DNA of 64,000 nucleotides, taken from contig NC_085843.1 of the NCBI RefSeq assembly GCF_035594765.1, positions 9,873,955 to 9,937,954 of the forward strand. Direction: 5' to 3'. The notes beneath the pieces were generated by a model that did no database searches, was not told the DNA's origin, and saw only the letters and a list, made by a program, of their open reading frames with translations. Both the position numbers and the translations under genes were made by a program. This DNA is from Anolis carolinensis (taxonomy: Eukaryota). This document shows positions 1-11,965 of the stretch, one piece after another. Positions within the stretch are counted from its first letter, which is position 1. Every line of letters begins with the position of its first letter.

Positions 1-1569
1 AGAAGCGACAGAATAACCCTGCTCCTCCAACTAGATTTCCTATTCCAGATCAATATAATTCAATACTTATCTAATTTGGATAGGCTTAGATTGGCCTGGT
101 TTTGAGGATGATTTGTCCCAGTTAGCCTTGCACAGCTCCAGCACGTTGGAAGACTATAGCCAGAATGAAGCTCCAAAATGGAGACTAGACCCTGGTAAAA
201 AGGGCGGTCCTAAGATGTTGCATTCTTTGACCAATCACTGCAAAGAAAACTGCAGCCAGCTCTTGCAGATTCCAAGCCACTTTTCCTAGGCTATTGCAGC
301 CAGAGGCTCAAACAAAATGTAAAGGAGGGAAAACAAACAAATGACCAATAGGTAAGGCAAACCATCGTCCTGGGGGACGGAACAAGTCTCACTTATCCAA
401 GCTAAACGGGCTGTCAGAAGCTTGGATAAGCGAATATCTTGGATAATAAGGAGGGATTAAGAAAAAGCCTATTAAACATCAAATTAGGTTATGATTTTAC
501 AAATTAAGCACCAAAACTTCATGTTATACAACAAATTTAACAGAAAAAGTAGTTCAATACGCAGTAATGTTATGTTATAATTACTGTATTTACGAATTTA
601 GCACCAAAATATCATGATATATTGAAAACATTGACTACAAAAATGGCTTGGATTATCCAGAGGCTTGGATAAGCGAGGTTTGGATAAGTGAGACTCTACT
701 GTACCACACAATTAAACAGGAAATAACATTTCAAACCAGGAATGGAATATTTTCCAAATTTTGTTACATAGTGTAATTTGCCAGCGTTCAATGTCCAGCA
801 GAGTTTTGGAATTAAATTCCAGAATAAAATACTAAGTAGCATGTATTTTACAGTTGTATTACAGGCCAATTCAGGCAGAAACTAATGTAAATGTGATATG
901 AGTTGTACTAGGAATTGTCAAGTCAGGAATTTGGTATTATGTTCTTTAAATACTGCAGCCTATACAAAAATTAATTCTCAAATTAAAACAAAAATATTAA
1001 AAACTCAATAGATATATCTTTTTATTATTTTAAAAGGGGGCAAAGTCAACCTAGTCAAAAGTTAAGCTTAGCTCGACATTTTTCTTCATAACCCCAAATC
1101 CAAAGTTTGGATCCCCAAAAGCACTCTTTACATGCTCAGTAACACACTCTTCCAGCATTGAAATATGAGAATGGAAACAAGATCTGGGGCTAAAGTGGTC
1201 CTTAGAGGAAATTAAACCACATTTTAGGATGCTTAAATGATACTAGATAGTATATAACTTTGTTTATTTGTAATTGTAAGTTTCTAAAGTCATCTTGTAT
1301 CAACGCTCTGCTCCTTCATTGTTCAGTTTTTGGCACAAATGGGAAAAAATTGGATGAAAATACGTATTTAGTCTGCTTAAGGATTAAATTCCAGTTTTGT
1401 GTAACAGATGTGAGACACTTCAATGGAAGACAATAGTCATGATGTGGCTTGAAAGTAAACATTAGCTCACCCGGGGCATGTGATTTGTTCAAATAGCCCC
1501 AGAGAACAAGAATAATAAACAGAACACACAGCTGTTTTGAGTAATTCAAATAAGTATGGAGGTTGCAAG

Positions 1570-1726
1570 GGTGCATCTACACTGTAGAATAAATGCAGTT
1601 TGACTCCACTTTGACTGCCATTGGAGTATTGGAGCCTTATCAAACTCCAGCTCCTATGACTCCATGGCATTGAACCATGGCATTTAAAGTGCTGTCAAAC
1701 TGCATTGATCCGACTATAGATGCACC
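1570..1726. mobile_element. Harbinger-like palindromic MITE (representative copy)
   Basis: TIR GGTGCATCTACACTGTAGAAT..AATGCAGTTTGAC. Copies at ~3236-4192, 6870-7302, 12673-12865, 29733-29930, 33300-33440, 39460-39622, 47741-48030, 61700-61915 and 63240-63350. The superfamily is inferred from the TIR type. Confidence 0.65.
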
Positions 1727-1779
1727 GTATGTCCCAGGAGAGATTGAACTGAGTAATATATATATGTAATATATATATG

Positions 1780-2161
1780 ACCGTCTACACCAGGTCATAC
1801 CCAGCCTCTTACAACCCTTTCTGCTTATCTTTGTGGCATGAGAACAGTCATATTAACTCCAAGCCCTGGCATTTTTATGGTTTTAGCCTTTATGAGGANN
1901 NNNNNNNNNNNNNNNNNNNNNNNNNNNNNNNNNNNNNNNNNNNNNNNNNNNNNNNNNNNNNNNNNNNNNNNNNNNNNNNNNNNNNNNNNNNNNNNNNNNN
2001 NNNNNNNNNNNNNNNNNNNNNNNNNNNNNNNNNNGTAAAGGTTCCTCATAAAGGCTAAAACCATAAAAATGCCAGGGCTTGGAGTTAATATGACTGTTCT
2101 CATGCCACAAAGATAAGCAGAAAGGGTTGTAAGAGGCTGGGTATGACCTGGTGTAGACGGT
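1780..2161. repeat. Perfect 119-bp inverted repeat flanking an N gap
   Basis: 1780-1898 is the exact reverse complement of 2043-2161. Confidence 0.9.
1899..2034. other. Assembly gap
   Basis: Run of N. Confidence 1.
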
Positions 2162-2324
2162 GTCTGCAAAATCATTATCTAGTGAGGCAGAGCAAGGGAA
2201 GCTTCAGTAACTTTGCTATCTGTACTACAACTCTCACAATCCCTTATCACTGGCCATGTTAAATGGAGTTGATGGGAGTTGTAGTCTAAACCATCTGCAG
2301 GAGAGAAAGCTTCCATAATCTTTC

Positions 2325-2553
2325 AGTAGGTTGTTGCTGTGTGTCTCAAAGTCATTTGCCAACTTATGGAGAACCTAAGGCGAAACTATCACAAGACTTT
2401 CTTGGCACGATTTGTTCAGAGGAGGTTTGCCTTCACCTTCCTTTGAGGCTGAGAGAGTGTGATTTGCCCAAATCGGTTTCTATGGCCAAGTGGGGATTTG
2501 AACCCTGGACTCTAGTGTCCTGATCCAACACTGAAGCCACTACACCACACTGG
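2325..2553 (-). mobile_element. MIR/CORE-type SINE
   Basis: CORE-like gggcaaatcacactctctcagcctc and a tRNA head. Similar pieces at ~45390-45520 and 49285-49490. Confidence 0.6.
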
Positions 2554-3589
2554 TCAGAATTTATTTATTTATTTATTTACAGTATTTATATTCCGCTCTT
2601 CTCACCCCGAAGGGGACTCAGAGCGGATCACATTATACACACATAGGGCAAACATTCAATGCCCATAAACACATCAAACAGAGACCGAGACAGACAGACG
2701 CAGAGGCAATTTAACCTTCTTCTGAGGGGATGTTCGATTCTGGCCACAGGGGAAGCAGCTGCTTCATCATCCACTCTGACGGCACTTCCTCATTCCAACA
2801 TCATAAATTAGTTAAACTTGCCTCCTCACTTTTATAAGTAGTACCTTATTTCCTACTTGATAGATGCAACTATCTTTCGGGTTGCTAGGTCAGCAATGAG
2901 CAGGGGCTATTTTTAATTTTTAATTGACGGGACCCCACCACGGGCTGGCCTTGAACTCATGACCTCATGTTCAGAGTGATTTATTGCAGCAGGCTGCTCA
3001 ACAGCCTGCACCACAGCCCAGCCCCAAGAATCTTATTGCTTTCCATATATTATTGGACTGGAACTCCCAGCAGCCCTAGGAAGCAAAACCAGTGGTGAGG
3101 AAGGCTGGGAGCTGCAATCCAAAAACATATGGATGCCGAACAGATTCTTCAAACATGTAGAGCAAATTAACGTTTCCAGGTTCGACAATGCGACTCTATG
3201 ATTAACATCTGCCAAAAGTTGCATTGAAGGATCTAGGCTGCATCTACATTGTAAAATTAATGCAGTTTGATACCACTTTAACTGCCATGGCTGAATGCTA
3301 TGGAATCCTGGAAGTTGAAGTTCCACAAGGTCTTTATTAGCCTTCTCTGTCAAAGAGTGCTGGTGCCTCACTGAACTATTCGTGCCAATTTTTATCATGT
3401 CAGAAACAACTTAAGAACATACTGCAAGTCGCTTCTGGTGTGAGAGAATTGGTCGTCTACAGAGACGTTGTCCAGGGGACGCGCAGATGTGTTACGATCC
3501 TCCTGGGAGGCTTCTCTCATGTCCCTGCAAGCTAGAGCTGACAGACGGGAGCTCACCCCATCTCATCTTCAAACTGGCAACCTTCAGGT

Positions 3590-4026
3590 TGTTACCAGGT
3601 GAGAGTATAGCGGAATCAGTAGCGTCCAGTTAACACCATGTGCAAAAGACTCAGACCAGGCAGAGGAATTTAAAAGAACAAAGGAAACTTTACTCTTGCT
3701 TGTTGAGTTGAAATCAAACAGTTCTGCAATCGTACAATGTCCATGTAGTTGCATAAGATCAATAACTAATCAATCAGCATCAAATATATACAGCATAGCA
3801 CATTCAAAATACTACTTGACCGTAGCTACAGAGCATTTCTTTCCTGTGCTCTCTCTTGAAGCTCAAATTCCCAACTGACAATCTCAGCCACCTGCCAGCA
3901 AACAGATACATTGTTTTAGGCGTGGCTTTGCCTCTGCAAAGCTGAGCTCTTTTGCAGAGTTCCCTTGCAAACAACTTTTTCAAGGATTTCTTTACACACA
4001 CACACATAGCAATTTGGCGCAATACA
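3590..4026 (-). mobile_element. Solo LTR (~437 bp) inserted in a tRNA-SINE
   Basis: TGTTA...TACA termini with ggt/aggt duplicated at the flanks; minus-strand TATA-like motif at ~3783-3790 and AGTAAA at ~3688-3693; the SINE resumes exactly after it. Confidence 0.65.
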
Positions 4027-4246
4027 GGTCAGCATCCCAACCTTCAGGTCAGCAGTCCAGCCGGCACAAGGGTTTAACCCATTGCGCCACTGTGGCTCCA
4101 TGATTTCATAACCATGATTTCATAGCAATGAGCCATGGCAGTTAAAGTGCTATCAAACTACATTAATTCTACAGTGTACTGTAGTTGCACCCGTAGAGAT
4201 CCCTAATCTCAATGAATAGGGAGGCCTGACTGTATTGGCTTTTCTG

Positions 4247-4915
4247 CTACCACCAAGTGAAGGCAAACCTGTAGAAAAAGTCATTGGATTTGAAGCGGAA
4301 GCCTTTCTCCATAGTGTAGGCCTGGAAAGTGATCTGGTAACCTTTGGCTTCTATGTCCATTTTGATGCAGTCCAGCAGATCGGAGATGCTGGGTGAGGCG
4401 TTCCAGGGACCAAACCTGACCACGGACTTCTTGTACGTGTCCAAACTGTTGAAGGTGTCGTGGCACCGGGCGAGGTCCTCCTCCGTCTTCACCGCACAGA
4501 CCATGACGTTGGATCGGCGGGCGGCCACCGCTTCGGCCCGGGCAATGCGGATCATCAGCTCAATGTTCTCGGTGTAGCTGGGAACTCTGGCGAGGAACTG
4601 TTTCCTGGCCACCAACTCCCCGAAGATCGGAGGGGAATCCTCCAGCTGCTTGATCAACGGCTGGATGTCGTAGAAGAGGGCTTCCTTGTAGACCTCCTGG
4701 AAGCATTGATTGGGAACCTGGTTGCTCCGCAGGTATTCCAAGACGTACTTGAAATAAGTGCCGGGACGGTCAATGAAGTATCTCCCTTTGGAGTCAGTGC
4801 GAAGTTTGGACTGGCCGCCGGCAAACATCTCAGCCAGTTTGGAGCCAGGATGTTTCTTCAAGGTGCTCAAGGTGGTCGTGAACATCTCCCCACCGACGTT
4901 CAGCTCTACGACTTG
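4247..4915 (-). CDS. KCTD14: KCTD14 (BTB/POZ KCTD family), main coding exon
   Basis: Translates QVVELNVGGEMFTTTLSTL...FIDRPGTYFKYVLEYLR...ARAEA...FAFTWW*, matching the KCTD14 BTB domain and FTWW C-terminus. Pyrimidine-tract acceptor ttcatttttgttag precedes 4915 (phase 0). Syntenic with THRSP/NDUFC2/ALG8. Confidence 0.95.
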   Translation of the reverse strand, partial: QVVELNVGGEMFTTTLSTLKKHPGSKLAEMFAGGQSKLRTDSKGRYFIDRPGTYFKYVLEYLRSNQVPNQCFQEVYKEALFYDIQPLIKQLEDSPPIFGELVARKQFLARVPSYTENIELMIRIARAEAVAARRSNVMVCAVKTEEDLARCHDTFNSLDTYKKSVVRFGPWNASPSISDLLDCIKMDIEAKGYQITFQAYTMEKGFRFKSNDFFYRFAFTWW

Positions 4916-5088
4916 CTAACAAAAATGAAGGGAAGGAGGGAATAACATAGATTAGATTTAATACAGAGAGAAATAGTGATGCCCAGAACTGAACAACAGC
5001 TGCTACATCTGGTATTGACTCATGTTCAACTTCTGGTTTTAGGAAGACCCCTAGATGCCTTTGACCTGGACTATTGTCAAAAGGACAT

Positions 5089-5330
5089 GGGCCGGGCTGT
5101 GGCGCAGGCTGTTGAGCAACCAGCTGCAGTCAGCTGCAACAAATCACTCTGACCAAGAGGTCATGAGTTCGAGGGCAGCTCGGAGCCCCGCGTTTGTCTT
5201 GTCTTTGTTCTATGTTAAGGCATTGGATGTTTGCCTTATATGTGTAATGTGATCCGCCCTGAGTCCCCTTCGGGGTGAGAAGGGTGGAATATAAATACTG
5301 TAAATAAATAAATAAATAAATAAATAAATA
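5089..5330 (+). mobile_element. tRNA-derived SINE with an L2-type tail (Anolis SINE2-like)
   Basis: Head gggccgggctgtggcgcaggctg with box B gagttcga; tail gccctgagtccccttcggggtgagaagggtgg...(AAAT)n. Copies at ~2560-3022(-) and 13292-13525(-). Confidence 0.7.
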
Positions 5331-5744
5331 TTGTCAAGCCCAGTGTCACCTGTTTTTTGTCTCTACATTTTATGGCATTTACAGATTCCTTTGCCATTGA
5401 TTTAATTTACATACTGTGTTTTGTGAAAACATGGTGATGTGCCCAAGCTTTTGATGAGTAAATGATAAAGTTGACATGGCCTGATTTAAGGATGAAGCAT
5501 GAGGATCTTGGATGAATGGAATTAATTATATATACGTTTTTAAGGTTTTTATAATGTGTTTTAACAATGTTATTGATGGCTCTGTATGTATTGTTCTGTT
5601 TTTATGATTGCATTTTTAGGCATTAAATTTCGCCCATTTTTGTAAGCCGCCCCGAGTCCCCTCAGGTGAGAAGGGCGAGGTATAAATGTTGTAAATAAAT
5701 ACATAAATAAATACTGTTTGTTTGTCACTGGAAGACTGGTGGAT

Positions 5745-6416
5745 TGGGTTGCTGTGAGTTTTCCAGGCTGTCTGGCCATGTTTCCAGAAGCATTCTCTCC
5801 TGACATTTCTCCCACATCTATGGCAGGCATCCTCAGAGGTTGTGAGATATATTAGAACTAAGCTAGTGAGGTTTATATATCTGTGGAAGGTCCAGGGTGG
5901 GAGAAAGAACTCTTGTCTATTGGAGTCAAGGGTGAATGTTGCAATTAATCACCTTCATTCGCATTGAAAAGCATTGCAGCTTTAAGGCCTGGCTGATTCC
6001 TGCCTGGGGGGATCCTTTGTAGGAAGGTGTAAGCTGGCCCTGATTGTTTCATGTCTGGAATTCCCCTGTTTTCTGAGTGTTGCTCTTTACTTACTGTTCT
6101 GATTTCAGAGTTTTTTTAATACTGGCAGGAATCAGCCAGGCCTTGAAGCAGCAAGGCTTTTAAATGCTAATCAAGATGATTAATTGCAACATTCACACTT
6201 GCCTCAGGCAGACAAGAGTTCTTTTTCCCACCCTGTACATTATTCCACAGATATATAAACCTCCCTTGTCTAGTTTCCAACAGACCTCACAACCTCTGAG
6301 GATGCTTGCCATTGTTGTAAGCAAAATGTCAGGAGAGGATGCTTCTGGAACATGGCCAGACACTCCGGAAAACTCACAGCAACCCAGTGATTCTGGCCAC
6401 AAATACCTTCGACAAC
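5745..6416. mobile_element. Penelope pLTR fragments in inverted (fold-back) arrangement
   Basis: Minus pLTR 5745-6124 abuts a plus pLTR 6124-6416 with the same sequence as the pLTR at 25500-25670. Confidence 0.8.
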
Positions 6417-6975
6417 AGACTGGTGAATTGTTTCTTCTCCAGGTTCAAAATGTCTCAGGACGAAGCCAGGAAAGGGGAGGGGGAAGAGAGAGATTGAACT
6501 GGGAAATGTGAGGAATCTTTATTTGGATTATAGGTGTTGGCATGTCATGACATGTACATATGATTGACTATGGCACACACCCAAATGTTAGTTCAATATA
6601 TACACATGGAATATATACTTGTTTAATATATACACTTGCTTAATTTTCACATGAGCTTTGTGCCGCTTCCTATAATGGAATGTTTTACAATAAAATAACT
6701 TGTCCAAAGTGGAATAACCAAAGCATTGTCACATTTAGGTAAATGATACTTCAGAAAATATTTTTTCCCTTTTTAGCAGTGCCCTGTGATGAAGTGGTTT
6801 GAGAGTTCGACAATTACTCAAGAGACCATCTTCATATCCATCTTTGGTCATGGAAGCACCATAATCATGTGTCTACACTGTAGAATATATTCAGTTTGAC
6901 GCCAATTTCACTGCCATGGCTCAGTGCTATGGAATTTTGGGAATTGTAGTTTGGTGACACAACAGCAATCTTTGG

Positions 6976-7190
6976 GGTGGTTGTGTGTTTCCTGGGCTGT
7001 ATGGCCATGTTCCAGAAGTAGTCTCTCTTGACGTTTCACCCACATCTATGGCAGGCATCCTCAGAGGTTGTGAGGTATAATATATATATACCTCACAACC
7101 TCAGGAAAGACTACTTCTGGAACATGGCCATACAGCCTGGAAAACATAAAACAACTCTGTGATCCCGGCCATGAAAGCCTTCGACAACAC
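6976..7190. mobile_element. Short Penelope pLTR hairpin inserted in a Harbinger-like MITE
   Basis: Inverted pLTR arms around an (AT)n spacer, flanked by the direct repeat acacaacagcaatctttgg (6957-6975, 7187-7205). Confidence 0.75.
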
Positions 7191-8381
7191 AACAGCAATC
7201 TTTGGTGGAGAATGCCAAATAGCGTGAAAAACTACAACTCCCAGAATTTCATAGTTTTGAGCTAGGGAAGTTAAAGTAGTGTCAAACTGTATTAATTCTA
7301 CATTGCTCTGAGGCTGAGAGAGCATGACTTGAGCGATCTTGGGCAAGTCACATTCTCTCAGCCTCAGAGGAAGACAAAAAAGTCCAGGATTCCATAGTTT
7401 TGAGCTATGAACATACCTTGCCAATAAACTCAAAGTTATCACTGGGATGCAAAGTCTGCAAATAAAAGGCAGGGACTTTTCAGTGTCTCACCCTCTGCAA
7501 TAATAATAAAGGTAAAGGTAAAGATTTCTCCTGACATTAAGTCTAGTCGTGTCCAACTCTAGAGGTTGGTGCTCATCTCCATTTCTAAGCCAAAGAGCCG
7601 GTGTTGTCCGTAGACACCTCCAAGGTCATGTGGCCGGCATGTTTTCGAACTGCTAGGTTGGCAGAAGCTGGGGCTAACAGTGGGCGCTCATTCCGCTTCC
7701 AGGATTTGAACATGGGACTTTTTGGTCCACCCAGCAGCTCAGCGCTTTAACACACTGTGCCACTTTATTTACAGTAAACTTTCCGTCTTGCTGCGAAGTG
7801 TGTTAAAGCACTGAGCTGCTGAACTTGCAGACCGAAAGGTCCCAGGTTCAAATCCTGGGAGCAGAGTGGGTGCCTGCTGTTGCTCCAGCTTCTGCCAACC
7901 TAGCAGTTCAAAAACATGCCAATGTGAGTAGATCAATAGGTACCGCTCCAGTGAGAAGGTAACGGCACTCCATGCAGTCATGCCGGCCACATGACCTTGG
8001 AGGTGTCTACGGACAATGCTGGCTCTTCGGCTTAGAAATGGAGATGAGCACCAACCCTCAGAGACAGACATGACTGGACTTAACGTCAGGGGAAACCTTT
8101 ATCTTTTACCTTCCATCTTGCAGTTTATTTACACTGTAAACTTTATTTATAGGCCGCCTTAACATCCCAGGGGGGCTAGAAAAATGGGGGATGCATCATT
8201 ATTTGGTTGATGGAAATAATGCTCTCATTTTACCCTTGTAACTTCACCTTTACACCCAGTCCAGCGCACTGTGGTGTCTCACTTTCTGCAATGCTACAAA
8301 TTTAGGATCCTTCTTATGTGGGGCATCATATTTGGGGATGCAATTTAACTCTGTGCCAAACCCTTGTCTTTGCTCACTCAC

Positions 8382-8441
8382 CGTTTGGAGACTGTTCACG
8401 TTTTGTTTCGGGAAGGATTTGGGTTCCGAGGAAATGCTCAT
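8382..8441 (-). CDS. KCTD14: KCTD14 candidate first coding exon (MSISSEPKSFPKQNVNSLQT)
   Basis: ATG at 8441, 20 codons, consensus donor ACG|gtgagt in phase 0, compatible with the acceptor at 4915. Lies in a TE-free stretch. Confidence 0.65.
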
Positions 8442-9407
8442 CCTTCTTTTTGCCCCTCCAGGAAGACCGCCAGAGAAATCCACAGGTGTGTAGACCCGAT
8501 TAGTGGGGTTGGTTGGCTTCTGTTTCTCTCCCCCTTTTTTTGCACAATGTAATCTCTATCAGAACCTGATAGTAACTCATACACTTGCAGTAGTATCTGT
8601 CCCGCTGCCACTCTGCAGCCACAGGTTAGGAGTGCATTGGAGAGTCTGCAGGCGGAAGTATTTGTCACTCTTCTGGCAAGGAGCCTTTGTGGAGAGAGGA
8701 GGCATTCACGCGGCAAGAGGGAAAGTAGCCGTCCAGCATTCTCACTGTTCCTTCTCTCCCACCCTCCTGACACACAGACGCACACATTAGTCAGCTGTGA
8801 CTAACAGCCAGGTCAAGAAATCAGTTCCTCCCATTCTCTACCCTTCCGAAGACACACAACTTAGTTGGCATCGCCTAAAGCACCACCTTTGTGTGACTGT
8901 CATTTGCTGAACCGGTTACACCCTCATTCCAGGGCTTAATACCCAGCCTGACTTCTGTCCTTTTATTTTAAAGAGACAGTATGTTTACCTGGGAGAAAAG
9001 TAGAATTATGGAACAGAATGGGTTATCCCAGGCATGGTCCAAGGGTGTCTCCATACTATATAGCAGTTTGATATTAGAAATGTGCGCGAAATTTTTTCCT
9101 TCGTTTCCTTCGTACTATCATTTCGTTTCAACCGTTCGTCTACACAGAACGAATGATGACATTTTTGTAGGAAACGAGAGGCAACACGAAAAAAAGCCAC
9201 ACAGTCATCGTGCTTGCTTTCGTTTTCCTTTCGTTTAGGCCCAGTAACAATAAGCAGGTACTGACAGAGGGCTGCTTTCCCAATACAGATGATGTGTATG
9301 GGTGTTAATAATAATATTAATATAAAGAATGATAGTTATTCTGGGAGCCAAAGTGAGCCTGGGAGGGAAGTGCCTCCCCATTACATCAGATGTGTATCAA
9401 TGGGTCC

Positions 9408-9456
<49 letters not shown>

Positions 9457-9562
9457 CACAGTCCTAGACACTTGGGAAGTGTTCGACTTGTGATTTTTGT
9501 GATACGAAATCCAGCATATCTATCTTGTTTGCTGTGTCATAATAAAGTAATAATAATAATAA

Positions 9563-11965
9563 TGTTTGGTTTGGACAAATGTTCAACAGTGGCATTGAAG
9601 AAGGGAAAAATCATTGAAAGTGAGGGCATAAATATGCCTAATGGCCAAACAATGAAGTGTCACCAGCCAGAGGCCTATAAATATCTGGGCATATTACAGC
9701 TGGACAACATCAAGCATGAACATGTGAAAACTGTGGTCAGCAAAGAATACACACAAAGGGTCAGAAAAATTCTCAAAAGCAAGCTCAATGGAGGCAACAC
9801 CATCAAGGCCATAAACACCTGGGCCATACCTGTCAAAAGATATACTGTTGGCATTATAAATTGGACACAGATGGAACTGGAGAATTTGGACAGAAAAACA
9901 AGAAAACTCATGACCACTCATTATTCACTGCACCCTCGCAGTGATGTTGACCGGCTGTATCTGCCTAGAAGATCAGGGGGCAGAGGACTCTTGCAAGTAA
10001 AACAAGCAGTCAAAGAAGAAGAACATGCCCTGGCAGAATATGTCAAGCAAAGTGAAGAACCTGCTTTGATTGAAGTCAAAGATCAGAAACTCCTCAAAGC
10101 ACAGCAGACAAAGAATCAGTACAAGAAAACTGCACTACAAACTAGAGCTGACAGCTGGCACAACAAAACATTGCATGGAAAGTTCCTTGACAAAATTGAA
10201 GGAAAAGCTGATAAGGAGAAGACCTGGCTCTGGCTCACGAATGGGACCCTGTCACGACCCAGGCTGCAGAGCACCAATAACCATACACAGAGGCCAGAAT
10301 CTATCTAATATCTTTATTGAAGGAATATATAAAGTTAATAAAAGCAAGTGTATGAAATAGTCCAGAAATAGACCTTTCAGGAAAGGTCAAAGTTAGTCCA
10401 AAGAAACAATGTCCAATATGAAATATTAAGGTCCAAAGTTGTAATCCAATAACCGAAACACTCACTTTGCCAGGCAAAGTGAGGGGAGATGACAAGGTCT
10501 TTTAGTCCATGAAACTTGAGCGAGGCTAAGGAGTAACTTGAAACAAGGCTTGGTATAAGGCAACAAGGAACGAGGAGCAAGGACAAGATCCGTGGAATTA
10601 CTTGGCAAAATCCGGAAAACAAGGCAAGGCTGAGTCCTGGAAAACAAGGCTAGATCCGTGGAGGTAAACAAGGCTGGAAACGGAACGAAGGCTTGGAAAC
10701 AGGAGCGAAGGCTTGGAATAGGGAACAAGGCTTGAAACAGGAACGAGGCTTGGAAACGGAGTAGCTGTCCACACACACTACTCCGGTAGCTGACGAATTG
10801 ACTCCGCAAGATCCCTTTGTGGGTAGAACACCTAAATAGGGTCCCGTTTTTCCCGCCAAAGAGCAGTTCTCTGGAGAACCAGAAACGAAAGCTATTCTCT
10901 GAGTCCAGATGCATGACTCCTTAAAGTTTCCCATGGAAAGCAGACTTAATCAGCTGAATGCTTAGCAGCTATCCTAGCACTCCTGCGAGAGGCCGCTTGA
11001 ACTCCCCTCTGTTGTTTACAAAACTCATGGCGAGAAAACGTAGGAGATTTAGGCTCAGGGCTTGTTTGACAGACTTCTGGAAGACAAATCTCTTGCAGGT
11101 GCAAGGTTCCCAAATCTGGCTGGGAAAGTTCCAGTTCTGACTGAAACGGTGAAAAACCCAAGTTTTCCTCTTCATCTGGCACCACAGTGCCAGGAACGGG
11201 ACTACATGGCCCATGACTCATCACAGACCCTGAAGAAGGAGACAGAAGGCCTGATCCGTGCAGCCCAGGAGCAAGACATCAGAACAAATGCAATTAAGGC
11301 CAAGATCGAAAAATCAGCTGATGACCCAAAATGCAGACTGTGCAAGGAAACCGACGAAACCATTGATCATCTCCTCAGCTGCTGTAAGAAAATCGCACAG
11401 ACAGACTACAAACAGAGGCACAACTATGTGGCCCAAATAATTCATTGGAACTTATGCCTCAAGTACCACCTCCCAGCAGCAAAGAACTGGTGGGATCACA
11501 AACCTGCAAAAGTATTGGAAAATGAACATGCAAAGATACTGAATCCGAATCCAGACTGACAAAGTTCTGGAACACAACACACCAGATATTACAGTTGTGG
11601 AAAAGAAAAAGGTTTGGATCATTGATGTCGCCATCCCAGGTGACAGTCGCATTGACGAAAAACAACAGGAAAAACTCAGCCTCTCTCAGGACCTCAAGAT
11701 TGAACTTCAAAGACTCTGGCAGAAACCAGTACAGGTGGTTCCAGTGGTGATGGGCACATTGGGTGCTGTGCCAAAAGATCTCAGCCGGCATTTGGAAACA
11801 ATAGACATTGACAAAATTACGATCTGCCAACTGCAAAAGGCCACCCTACTGGGATCTGTAGCATCATCCGAAAATACATCACACAGTCCTAGACACTTGG
11901 GAAGTGTTCGACTTGTGATTTTGTGATACGAAATCCAGCATATCTGTCTTATTTGCTTTGTCATA
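9563..11965 (+). mobile_element. R4/Dong-clade non-LTR retrotransposon, 5'-truncated, split by a solo LTR
   Basis: RT C-terminus (FGLDKC, YKYLGI), CCHC finger CRLCKETDETIDHLLSCC, RHN and restriction-like endonuclease PDITVV...IIDVAIP; bounded by AAT/GAT repeats. A 90-bp 3'-end-only copy lies at 9457-9545. Confidence 0.88.
10250..11225 (-). mobile_element. Solo LTR (976 bp, probably Gypsy-type)
   Basis: TG...CA termini; perfect 5-bp TSD gaccc (10245-10249, 11226-11230); removing it restores the R4 reading frame NGTLKKETEG; minus-strand AATAAA at ~10313-10318. Confidence 0.85.

Noticed and set aside
4460-4945. Antisense ORFs over KCTD14, THRSP and NDUFC2 exons
   Set aside because: Shadow frames of GC-rich coding sequence with no recognisable motifs.
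7797-7865. tRNA genes
   Set aside because: The A/B-box sequences are SINE heads continuing into SINE bodies; no complete cloverleaf.
9289-9562. Poly-Asn/Ile/Asp/Met/Leu ORFs (also at 35951-36403, 37911-38256, 40291-40473)
   Set aside because: Translations of (AAT)n/(GAT)n microsatellites fused to R4 fragments.
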